DNA of 64,000 nt from Aulosira sp. ZfuVER01 (lineage in GTDB: Bacteria > Cyanobacteriota > Cyanobacteriia > Cyanobacteriales > Nostocaceae), in contig JAVRCV020000066.1 of NCBI GenBank assembly GCA_034530615.2, positions 16,576 to 80,575 of the forward strand, in the 5' to 3' direction. Positions 39,834 to 48,425 of the stretch are shown here, in pieces; within the stretch, counting starts at the first letter, position 1; the number at the start of each line of letters is the position of its first letter. The position numbers and the translations under genes are program-made. A model generated the notes under the pieces. It had not been told where the DNA came from. It searched no databases and saw nothing but the letters and a program-made list of their open reading frames with translations.

Positions 39834-42800
39834 TTGAAAACGTTTGAATTCTTATCTTATCTTCGCAACTTAGATATTCAAGTTTTTATTGATGGCGAAA
39901 TATTGCGCTGTAATGCTCCTGAAGGAAGTTTAACAGCAGAACTCCGTAGAGAAATTCAAGACCGTAAAGCAGAAATTATTGAATTTTTGCAAACTGCTAA
40001 TCGTACTAATAATTATACTTCTACTCCGCTTCTACCTATTTCCCGCACCGGAAATCTTCCTCTATCCTTTGCTCAACAAAGACTGTGGTTTCTCGATCAA
40101 CTATTACCTAACAATCCTTTTTATAACGTTCCGGCAGCATTGCATTTAAAAGGTAGGCTTAATTTAGCAGCGCTAGAGCAAAGTTTTAACGAAATTGTGC
40201 AACGTCACGAAGCTTTACGCACTAATTTTGTTATGCAGTCCGGGAAACCAGTTCAGGTAATTAAATCCCTATTAAAAATATCATTACCAATCATAGATTT
40301 GCGGCAACAGCCACCAGCCGAACTCGAAACAGAAGCACAAAAACTTATTACCCAAGAAGCTCAAAGACCTTTCAATTTAGCAACAGATTCTTTACTACGA
40401 GTAAGACTGTTGCAATTGGATGAAGCAGAATATATCTTGCTGTTGAATATCCACCACATTGTTTCCGATGGTTGGTCTATTGGGGTGCTATTTCAAGAAA
40501 TTGCCGCACTCTACACAGCTTTTACTAATAAACAGCCTTCTCCTTTACCGCAACTAAAAATTCAATATGCAGATTTTGCTCAATGGCAACGCCAATCACT
40601 GCAAGGGGAAGTTTTAGAAAATCAATTAGCTTACTGGCGAAAGCAATTAAGTAATATTTCTATACTCAATTTACCTACCGACAAACCACGGACAGCCGTT
40701 CAATCTCACCGAGGTGCAAGGCAATTTATAAAACTACCTAAAAGCTTGAGTGCAGCGCTTTTAACTTTTTCCCAGCAGGAAGGTGTAACTTTATTCATGA
40801 CTCTGCTGGCGGCATTCCAAATATTACTTTACCGCTACACTCAGCAAGAAGATATTGCTGTCGGTTCACCTATTGCCAACCGAAACCGCAGTGAAATTGA
40901 AGGATTAATTGGATTTTTTGTGAATAGTTTGGTGTTGCGTACCAACTTCAGCGGAAATCCAACTTTTAGAGAATTATTGAGGCGAGTTAAAGAAGTCGCT
41001 TTAGGAGCTTACGCTCATCAAGATTTGCCTTTTGAAAAGCTGGTAGAGGAACTGCATCCAGAACGAAATTTAAATCAAAACCCTTTATTTCAAGTAGCAT
41101 TTGCAGTACAAAATGCGCCGATGTCGGCGTTAGAGCTACCTGAATTAACAGTCAATACTTGGCCCTTTGATAGTGGAACAACGCGCTTTGATTTAGAGTT
41201 TCACTTGTGGGAGCCGGAAAAAAAGAATGGTTTCTGGGTAGATAGTTCGGAAGAAATTAGCGGTTTTGTGATTTACAGCACTGAGTTATTTGATGATGCT
41301 ACTATTACTCGGATGCTGGAACATTTCCAAATATTACTTGAGGGTATAGTTGCAAATCCAGAACAAAGAATCGCTGAGTTACCCCTTTTAAGTGAATCGG
41401 AGTTACATCAGTTATTAGTGGTATGGAATAATACCAGAGTAGATTATCCTCAAGATAAGTGCATCCATCAATTATTTGAGGAAATTGTAGAGCAAAATCC
41501 CGATGCACAAGCACTTGTATTTCAAGAGCAACAACTTACCTATCAAGAGTTAAATCAACGCAGTAACCAACTTGCACATTATCTCAAAAAATTAGGCGTT
41601 GGAAGCGAAGTTTTAGTAGGGCTTTGTGTAGAACGTTCTTTTGATATGGTAATCGGGATGTTAGCTATCCTGAAAGCAGGCGGAGCATACTTACCTTTAG
41701 ATCCAAACTATCCGCCTGAGCGTTTAAAATTTATGCTTGCAGATGCGCAAGTGTCAATTTTATTAACTCACCAGCAATGGGTTGAACGTTTAGGCGATTA
41801 CAATTCGCAGATAATCTGTTTGGATAAAAATTGGAAAGTTATTGCTCAAGAAAGTGAAGATAATCTTTCTAGCAAAGTTACAGTAGAAAACCTTGCTTAT
41901 GTCATTTATACCTCTGGCTCCACAGGAAAGCCTAAAGGTGTAGAAATTGAGCATAGAGGATTGTTAAATCTAATTTTTTGGCATCAAAAAGCTTTTACAA
42001 TTTCATCTCATGACCGAGTAACACAGATTGCTGGGATTGCTTTTGATGCTTGCGGTTGGGAAATTTGGCCTTACCTAACTGCTGGGGCAAGTATTTATAT
42101 TGTAGATGATGAAATTAAGCGATCGCCTGAGCATCTCAAAGATTGGCTGATATCAAAAGCTATCACAATTTCTTTTTTACCAACACCTTTGGCTGAGAAG
42201 ATTATATCATTAAATTTTTCTCAACATTCAGCTTTAAGAATATTACTAACAGGTGGAGATAAACTACATGAATATCCTTTAGCTTCCCATACTTTCCAGG
42301 TAGTTAACAACTACGGGCCTACAGAAAATACAGTTGTGACAACTTCCGGGCAAGTTAATGTTAAAAATCAAGGTAATATAACACCTACAATTGGTCGTCC
42401 CATTGCGAATACACAAGTTTATATACTAGATAAAAATTTACAACCTTTACCTATTGGCGTTCCTGGGGAATTATACATTAGTGGTGATGGTTTAGCGCGT
42501 GGATATTTAAACCGTGCAGATTTAACTGCTGAATGCTTTATGAAGGCAGAGGGCAGATGGCAGAAGGCAGAAGAAGGAAGAGAAGCAGGAAATCGTTTGT
42601 ACAGAACAGGTGATTTAGTTCGCTATCAATTAGATGGCAATATTGAATTTTTAGGTCGCCTTGATGAGCAGGTAAAAATTCGCGGCTATCGCATTGAGTT
42701 GGGAGAAATTGAAGCAGTAATAAATCAGCATCCAGCAGTAGAGCAAACTGTAGTAATAACTTATGAGGATGCAGGTGAGAAACGTTTAGTAGCTTATGTT

Positions 42801-44564
42801 GTTCTGAATAGTGAATCCAGCAGCAAGCAAGAAAATCAGCAGTTAATGGAATTGCAAGAGGAGCAGGTTTTGCAATGGCAAATGCTCTATAACGAAACTT
42901 ATCATCAATCTGCTGCCGATTTAGATCCAAAATTTAATTTTATTGGCTGGAATAGTAGTTATACAAATAAGCCTATTCCAGTAGAGCAAATGCGTGAGTG
43001 GATAGATAACCAAGTCGCGCAAATTTTAGCTTTGCAACCACAGCGAGTATTAGAAATTGGGTGTGGAACAGGTTTAGTGCTTTTTAGAATTGCTCCTCAC
43101 TGTTCTCAATATTATGGAACAGATTTTTCTCCGATTTCAATTAACTACATCCAACAGCAGTTGGCAAAGCAAGCAATACCGCAAGTAACGCTACATCAAA
43201 AGATGGCTGATGATTTTGCGGGAATAGAAGCAGCAGCTTTTGATGTGGTAATTATCAACTCTGTTGTGCAATATTTTCCTAGTATTGATTATTTAATTCG
43301 CGTAATAGAAGGTGCTGTAAAAACAACTGCGCCTGGTGGTTTTATCTTTTTAGGAGATGTGTGTAACCTACGACTTTTACAAGCTTTTCATGCATCTGTG
43401 CAACTATATCAAGCTGAACCTTCTTTAACCCGCGCCGAGTTGCAGCAACGGGTACAAATGCAACTTTTCCAAGAGACAGAGTTAGTCATCGATCCTGCTT
43501 TTTTTAATGCATTGAAGCAGCAATTTCCCCAAATTAGCCACGTACAAATTCAACTGATTCGGGGAAAAGAAAGTAATGAGTTAACTCAGTTTCGTTACAA
43601 TGCTATTCTTCATATTAGCAGCGAACAGCAGGAAAGCAGAGAAATACAATGGCTAGACTGGCGTGAAAACAATTTAACAATATCATCAGTAGATCGGTTA
43701 TTAAATGAGAAGCAACCAGAGATTTTAGCTATTACCAATGTACCGAATGCACGGGTAATAGCAGCAGTGAAAACAGCAGCATGGCTAGCAGGTGAAGAAG
43801 ATTTGCAAACAGCAGGCCAGATGCGTAAGGCTTTGCAAGAAATAGAGAATTTAGGAGTAAATCCCGAAGAATTTTATGAGCTGGCTAATCTACTTCCTTA
43901 CAGAGTAAATATTAGCTGCTCAGATTCTAGTAGTGAAGGAGATTATGATGTAGTTTTTGTACAGGAAGAAGCAATAAATCAAAAAATTGTTTTACCACAC
44001 AGCACCCAACAACGTGCATGGTCTTCTTATGCAAATAATCCCCTACAAGCTAAAGCAGCACGTAAGTTAGTACCGCAATTGCAAACTTATTTAACGCAAA
44101 AGCTGCCGGATTACATGATACCGTCTATGTTTGTAGTGCGATCGCACTTACCTCTGACGGCTAATGGTAAAGTCGATCGTCGTGCTTTAAAAGTACCCGA
44201 TTTCATCAACTCAGAATTAGCCGCAGGTTATGTTGCGCCTCGAACTCCCGTAGAACAAGTATTAGCGAAAATTTTTGCTGAGGTGCTAGGAATCAAGCAC
44301 GTTGGTATTCACGACAATTTCTTTCAGCTAGGCGGACATTCTTTATTAGCAACTCAGCTTATTTCCAGAGTACGCGACAGCTTTGGCTTGGAGTTACCTT
44401 TGCGCAGTATATTTGAAGCATCGACAATTGCAGAGTTATCTCAGGTCGTGGAAAGCTTTAAACAAAGCAATACTCAAAGTCAAGCCCCAGCTTTAGTACC
44501 ATTATCCCGTGAAAGTCGGCGGATGAAGTTGTCTTCTTTAAATAAAGAGAGTCAGGAGAATTGA
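39834..44564 (+). CDS. Single-module NRPS: TubC-N-like docking domain - C - A(N-methyltransferase) - T (A code read by hand DAWFLGNVVK, Leu-like)
   Basis: TTG start, EFLSYLRNLDIQVFIDGEILRCNAPEG..KAEIIEFL docking domain; HHIVSDGWS; NNYGPTE; VLEIGCGTG and NSVVQYFP MT inserted in the A subdomain; FFQLGGHSL. Confidence 0.95.
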   Translation: MKTFEFLSYLRNLDIQVFIDGEILRCNAPEGSLTAELRREIQDRKAEIIEFLQTANRTNNYTSTPLLPISRTGNLPLSFAQQRLWFLDQLLPNNPFYNVPAALHLKGRLNLAALEQSFNEIVQRHEALRTNFVMQSGKPVQVIKSLLKISLPIIDLRQQPPAELETEAQKLITQEAQRPFNLATDSLLRVRLLQLDEAEYILLLNIHHIVSDGWSIGVLFQEIAALYTAFTNKQPSPLPQLKIQYADFAQWQRQSLQGEVLENQLAYWRKQLSNISILNLPTDKPRTAVQSHRGARQFIKLPKSLSAALLTFSQQEGVTLFMTLLAAFQILLYRYTQQEDIAVGSPIANRNRSEIEGLIGFFVNSLVLRTNFSGNPTFRELLRRVKEVALGAYAHQDLPFEKLVEELHPERNLNQNPLFQVAFAVQNAPMSALELPELTVNTWPFDSGTTRFDLEFHLWEPEKKNGFWVDSSEEISGFVIYSTELFDDATITRMLEHFQILLEGIVANPEQRIAELPLLSESELHQLLVVWNNTRVDYPQDKCIHQLFEEIVEQNPDAQALVFQEQQLTYQELNQRSNQLAHYLKKLGVGSEVLVGLCVERSFDMVIGMLAILKAGGAYLPLDPNYPPERLKFMLADAQVSILLTHQQWVERLGDYNSQIICLDKNWKVIAQESEDNLSSKVTVENLAYVIYTSGSTGKPKGVEIEHRGLLNLIFWHQKAFTISSHDRVTQIAGIAFDACGWEIWPYLTAGASIYIVDDEIKRSPEHLKDWLISKAITISFLPTPLAEKIISLNFSQHSALRILLTGGDKLHEYPLASHTFQVVNNYGPTENTVVTTSGQVNVKNQGNITPTIGRPIANTQVYILDKNLQPLPIGVPGELYISGDGLARGYLNRADLTAECFMKAEGRWQKAEEGREAGNRLYRTGDLVRYQLDGNIEFLGRLDEQVKIRGYRIELGEIEAVINQHPAVEQTVVITYEDAGEKRLVAYVVLNSESSSKQENQQLMELQEEQVLQWQMLYNETYHQSAADLDPKFNFIGWNSSYTNKPIPVEQMREWIDNQVAQILALQPQRVLEIGCGTGLVLFRIAPHCSQYYGTDFSPISINYIQQQLAKQAIPQVTLHQKMADDFAGIEAAAFDVVIINSVVQYFPSIDYLIRVIEGAVKTTAPGGFIFLGDVCNLRLLQAFHASVQLYQAEPSLTRAELQQRVQMQLFQETELVIDPAFFNALKQQFPQISHVQIQLIRGKESNELTQFRYNAILHISSEQQESREIQWLDWRENNLTISSVDRLLNEKQPEILAITNVPNARVIAAVKTAAWLAGEEDLQTAGQMRKALQEIENLGVNPEEFYELANLLPYRVNISCSDSSSEGDYDVVFVQEEAINQKIVLPHSTQQRAWSSYANNPLQAKAARKLVPQLQTYLTQKLPDYMIPSMFVVRSHLPLTANGKVDRRALKVPDFINSELAAGYVAPRTPVEQVLAKIFAEVLGIKHVGIHDNFFQLGGHSLLATQLISRVRDSFGLELPLRSIFEASTIAELSQVVESFKQSNTQSQAPALVPLSRESRRMKLSSLNKESQEN

Positions 44565-44655
44565 TTCAGAAAGGCAGAAGGCAGGGGGCAGAGGGCAAAA
44601 GGTTTTAGGATTAAAATAGCAGGTAAAATAAGAGAGTCTAAAACCATGCACAGCC

Positions 44656-44907
44656 ATGACCACTAAAATTACATTAGAAATTGATGAAGCTTTGCTCCAA
44701 AAAGCAGAACGTTGGGCGAAGCAACAACAATTGTCGCTTTCTGATGTAATTTCCAATTTTCTACGTCAGTTACCAGAATCTGATTTAATAGCCCAAAATG
44801 AACATGCTTTAGCAAAGTTTGCTGGAATTTTGAGTGATTCTGAAGCTAGAGAATTACAGCAGGCGATCGCAGCAGAGTTTGACCAGATAGACACAAATGA
44901 ATGGTAA
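44656..44907 (+). CDS. Putative RHH-type antitoxin (VapB-like)
   Basis: MTTKITLEIDEALLQKAERWAKQQQLSLSDVI; overlaps the downstream PIN gene by 11 bp. Confidence 0.75.
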   Translation: MTTKITLEIDEALLQKAERWAKQQQLSLSDVISNFLRQLPESDLIAQNEHALAKFAGILSDSEARELQQAIAAEFDQIDTNEW

Positions 44908-45286
44908 TGTAGCCTTGGATACTTCTGTCGCAGTGCGTTTTTTGAATGGCGATGAAGCAGTTGTGGCTCAGGTATTAGCATTGACAAAAGTTATTCTACC
45001 AACTGTGGTTGTGGGTGAATTATTGTTTGGTGCGGAAAATTCAAGTCGTTCTTTACAAAATCTACCGCGTTATCTAGAGTTTATTGAAACCTGTGAAGTA
45101 GTAACTTTAGGTCGAGAAACTGCGGTAATGTATGCTCGAACTCGGTTGGCATTGAAGCAGAAGGGGCGACCGATTCCAATGAATGATGTTTGGATTGCAG
45201 CCCAGTGTTTAGAACATGGTTGGCGGTTGGTCACGGATGATTCAGATTTTGCCTATGTAGATGGGCTGATCTTGGAAAGATGGTAA
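44897..45286 (+). CDS. vapC: PIN-domain toxin
   Basis: ALDTSV, GELLFG, GRPIPMNDVWIAA, VTDDSDF. Confidence 0.9.
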   Translation: MNGNVALDTSVAVRFLNGDEAVVAQVLALTKVILPTVVVGELLFGAENSSRSLQNLPRYLEFIETCEVVTLGRETAVMYARTRLALKQKGRPIPMNDVWIAAQCLEHGWRLVTDDSDFAYVDGLILERW

Positions 45287-45365
45287 TAGAATTCTATACA
45301 ATTGCTTGTTACAGATACACAATGCACTAGAACCAACAGTTTAAAGTTTATTCAACACTCAAAAT

Positions 45366-46196
45366 ATGCCAAGTGGTGTTCATGATTCAGCCTTGATTGT
45401 TAACGCTTTTCGCGCCAGAAAAATTCATATTAGTGCCGATAAATTTGCAGCATTATGGATTTCACCAGAAAGCGATATCTGGGCAAATAAGTATGCAGAA
45501 CAAGTTGGCTCGACGGAAATTTTAGTACACGCCCTGCGCCATAGATTTTTTCTTGAGTGTTTAAATAAATTTTTTGATAAGTCTTCAGATGGCGTATTTA
45601 TTAATATTGGCGCTGGATTTACAAACTATCCCTACCTAATATCATTAAAAATTCCTTGCTGTGAAATTGATACAGAAGTCAACATCAAATTCAAGCAGCA
45701 AAAGCTAGCCGAGTTTGAACTTAAGGGCAATTTTCCTTATCGCCAGCTTCAATTTATAACTGTGAATGATTTGAACGATTTGCCTGAGATTTCTCATCTG
45801 GAGTTAGTTTTGAGAGAATGGATAGGCGATCGCTCCTCATTTATACTTTTTGAAGGTGTGTTCTTTTACTTAAAAATTGAAGCGATCGGTCATTTTTATA
45901 GAATGTTAGCTGCTCTACAGCAGAGAGGCGATATTGTAGCTAGCACTTCATTTCGTCCAGAAGAATGTAACAAATTAATGTTTCAAAGGCTGGTAGATTA
46001 TTGCAGAACAGATTACAAAATGAGGAATTTTACACCTACAACAATTTCTACAAGCTTTTATTCTCAGCAATCAAACTATTCCTTAGTCACTCATAAAAAT
46101 TATTACAGTTTGTGCCAGGAGTTTGCTTTGGCAGAAACACTAGAAAATCCAGAGGAAGTTTTAGAGGAAGACTGCTATGTCCTAGAACGGCTGTAG
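45366..46196 (+). CDS. Class I SAM-dependent methyltransferase, leucine carboxyl methyltransferase (LCM)-like
   Basis: SA...RA, LRHRFF, INIGAGF, EID, K..KL, FEGVFFYL match the LCM family layout. Confidence 0.75.
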   Translation: MPSGVHDSALIVNAFRARKIHISADKFAALWISPESDIWANKYAEQVGSTEILVHALRHRFFLECLNKFFDKSSDGVFINIGAGFTNYPYLISLKIPCCEIDTEVNIKFKQQKLAEFELKGNFPYRQLQFITVNDLNDLPEISHLELVLREWIGDRSSFILFEGVFFYLKIEAIGHFYRMLAALQQRGDIVASTSFRPEECNKLMFQRLVDYCRTDYKMRNFTPTTISTSFYSQQSNYSLVTHKNYYSLCQEFALAETLENPEEVLEEDCYVLERL

Positions 46197-46307
46197 TCTA
46201 TCTCAGCAAGGCGTTGGGGAGAAATGAACGCAGTTGTTAACAGTAAGGGCGATCGCTCACAGAATACCAAATATTTTAACAATGCTAGCGATCGCTACAA
46301 AAGCCAG

Positions 46308-46706
46308 TTAATCTTCAGCATTATCATATTTACTTCTAGCAGCTTCTACCTGTTGAAAGTTGGCGGTTGACCATTGACAAAGACTTTTTAACACCTGATT
46401 CAAACTTTCTCCTAAGGGGGTTAAGGAATACTCAACCATTGGTGGTATAACCGGATATACCTTGCGCTCAATCAGTCCATTCCGTTCCAAGTCACGCAGG
46501 GTACGAGTGAGCATTCGTTGAGAAATATCGCCAATCTCTCGCTGCAACTCACCATAACGCTTTGTACCCTGAGAAAGAACATACAAGGCGGCTACAACCC
46601 ATTTATCAGCAACGAGGTCAAGAGTTTGTCGCAGATAAGGGTGAGAGTCAAGCACATTGGAAGTAGGTGTTTCAGGTTTATGCATACATTTTTGTGCGTA
46701 TAGCAC
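46308..46706 (-). CDS. HxlR-family winged-helix transcriptional regulator
   Basis: DKW, RYGELQREI..ISQRMLTRTLRDLERNGLI.R, PPMVEYSLTPLG. Confidence 0.92.
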   Translation of the reverse strand: MLYAQKCMHKPETPTSNVLDSHPYLRQTLDLVADKWVVAALYVLSQGTKRYGELQREIGDISQRMLTRTLRDLERNGLIERKVYPVIPPMVEYSLTPLGESLNQVLKSLCQWSTANFQQVEAARSKYDNAED

Positions 46707-46776
46707 TATTTTGTTTCTACTTGCTCATTGGAGGAAACATACACAATAATCTTCCCGTAACTTCATGTGACTGAAA

Positions 46777-47373
46777 ATGAAAAGTAAGTTTACTGTTCAT
46801 GATTCAGCTATGCTGTTGATTGACCATCAGCAAGGCACAATTAAACTAGCTCGAAATTTACCACGAGAAGAAATTGTTAAAAATACCCGCGCTCTTGCTC
46901 GCACTGCTAAAGAAACAGGTATGCCACTTGTTTTAACTAGCAGTATGGAAACCGAGTTTCAAGGTTTATTGCTGGAAGATTTACAAGCCATTGCGCCAGA
47001 AGAATACGCACAGAGAGTTAAACGTCCTGGTGTTGTGGATTGTTGGGAATATGAAGAATACAAACAAGCAGTTGAAGCGACGGGTAAAAAGAAGCTGATT
47101 ATGGCAGGATTAACCAATGATGTTTGCATTGTATATCCAGCAATCAGTGCTGTGGAAGATGGGTATGAAGTGCAAGTTGTAGTTGATGCAGGAGGATCGC
47201 CAACGACGCTTGCCGATGAAACTGCTTTGCGCAGAATGGAAAATCATGGTGTCACACTCACTTCCACAAATCAAGTGATGGCAGAGTTAGCGGTATCTTG
47301 GTCTCATGATTTTGGCAAAACGATCCAGACAATTATGTACCAAGAAATTCTCTCCAAATTGATAACTGAGTAG
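46777..47373 (+). CDS. Isochorismatase-family hydrolase (YcaC-like)
   Basis: LLIDHQ, AGLTNDVCI, VVDAGGS; divergent from the HxlR regulator. Confidence 0.88.
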   Translation: MKSKFTVHDSAMLLIDHQQGTIKLARNLPREEIVKNTRALARTAKETGMPLVLTSSMETEFQGLLLEDLQAIAPEEYAQRVKRPGVVDCWEYEEYKQAVEATGKKKLIMAGLTNDVCIVYPAISAVEDGYEVQVVVDAGGSPTTLADETALRRMENHGVTLTSTNQVMAELAVSWSHDFGKTIQTIMYQEILSKLITE

Positions 47374-47437
47374 TTAGAGTTAGTGGTTCAGTAGAATGAG
47401 CGATCGCCCGATTATTTTAACAGTGCGATCGCTCCCT

Positions 47438-47668
47438 AAACTAGCATTTGCGGTTGTTGAACTAGCATTTGCGGCTGTTGAACTAGCATTTGCGGCTGTT
47501 GAACTAGCATTCGCGGCTGTTGAACTAGCATGTGCGGCTGTTGAACTAGCATTCGCGGCTATTGAACTAGCATTTGCGACTGTTGAAGTAGCATTTGCGG
47601 CTGTTGAACTAGCATCTGCGGCTAGTGAACTAGCATTTGCGACTCGTGAACTAGCATTCGCAGCTAAT
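47438..47668. repeat. 11 x 21-bp tandem repeat (consensus GAACTAGCATTTGCGGCTGTT)
   Basis: Counted directly: 11 contiguous units without spacers; open on both strands (ELAFAAV)n / (ANASSTA)n. Confidence 0.95.
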
Positions 47669-47839
47669 TTCGGCAAATATACTCTTACTTATCCATTTTG
47701 CTCATCTTAATGCCTACAAACTTCTGTACCTTCACTGTGGCTGGTGTATTTGTTTATTGCGTATTGTAAAAGTATCTAAAGAACTCAGTACAAAAAGCTA
47801 TCAGGGTTCTTTTTACCACCATGTAAACAGGAAAACTTT

Positions 47840-48208
47840 ATGGTAACGCGCAAACGTAATTCAAAAGCACTCACCAAAGCTGAACGACGGATTGAAGGAA
47901 TGCAGATGATTAATCCCCCGTTAGACTTTGGTAATGAGTTGTCAATCGCTAATTACAACAATAAAATTCTGGAGATTCGAGATAAGCTAACCGCTTACAA
48001 TCAAGCACAAGTAATGGTTGAAACGACACAGAATGCATTAGCACAAGCAGAACGCGAGTTGAATGTTCTTTCTGAGAAAATGCTGCTGAGTGTTGCATCT
48101 CAGTATGGCAAAACTAGTGATGAATATGGGATGGCTGGTGGAACCCGCAGAACAAACCGCAAAAAAGCACGTCCAGCGACTAAACAAACACCCACATCTG
48201 CGGAGTGA
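47840..48208 (+). CDS. Small basic helical hypothetical protein
   Basis: CAGGA RBS; RKRNS..KAERR, LDFG, YN, MLLSVASQYGKTSDEYGMAGG.R; followed by a terminator. Confidence 0.8.
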   Translation: MVTRKRNSKALTKAERRIEGMQMINPPLDFGNELSIANYNNKILEIRDKLTAYNQAQVMVETTQNALAQAERELNVLSEKMLLSVASQYGKTSDEYGMAGGTRRTNRKKARPATKQTPTSAE

Positions 48209-48244
48209 TTGTTTAACGTTTGAAATTACTTAAATAAATTACTC

Positions 48245-48283
48245 AGCAAAAAGGTGAATTGAGAAAACAATTTGCCTTTTTGC
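48245..48283. terminator. Intrinsic terminator-like hairpin
   Basis: AGCAAAAAGG...CCTTTTTGCT. Confidence 0.55.
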
Positions 48284-48425
48284 TTGCGTAAAACACCAAA
48301 ATGAATACGTATCTGATATTTTTCTTATATAAATTTATTTAAAACATAAAATTACCTTATAAAATTAATAATTGTCCTCAGATGGGAACACTAGACTAAG
48401 ACATTGCTGAAAGTCCCCACATACT

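Noticed and set aside
27808..44564. Assignment to microginin, anabaenopeptin, aeruginosin, cyanopeptolin or a siderophore pathway
   Set aside because: No FAAL/PKS, epimerase, multi-module NRPS, Choi/Ahp genes or TonB receptor; module number and codes do not fit.
47438..47668. CRISPR array
   Set aside because: Units are contiguous 21-mers with no unique spacers, and there are no cas genes.
47396..47710. 104-aa plus-strand ORF (ELAFAAV)n as a real gene
   Set aside because: It is open only because the repeat lacks stops, has no clear RBS, and an equally open antisense frame exists; treated as a repeat.
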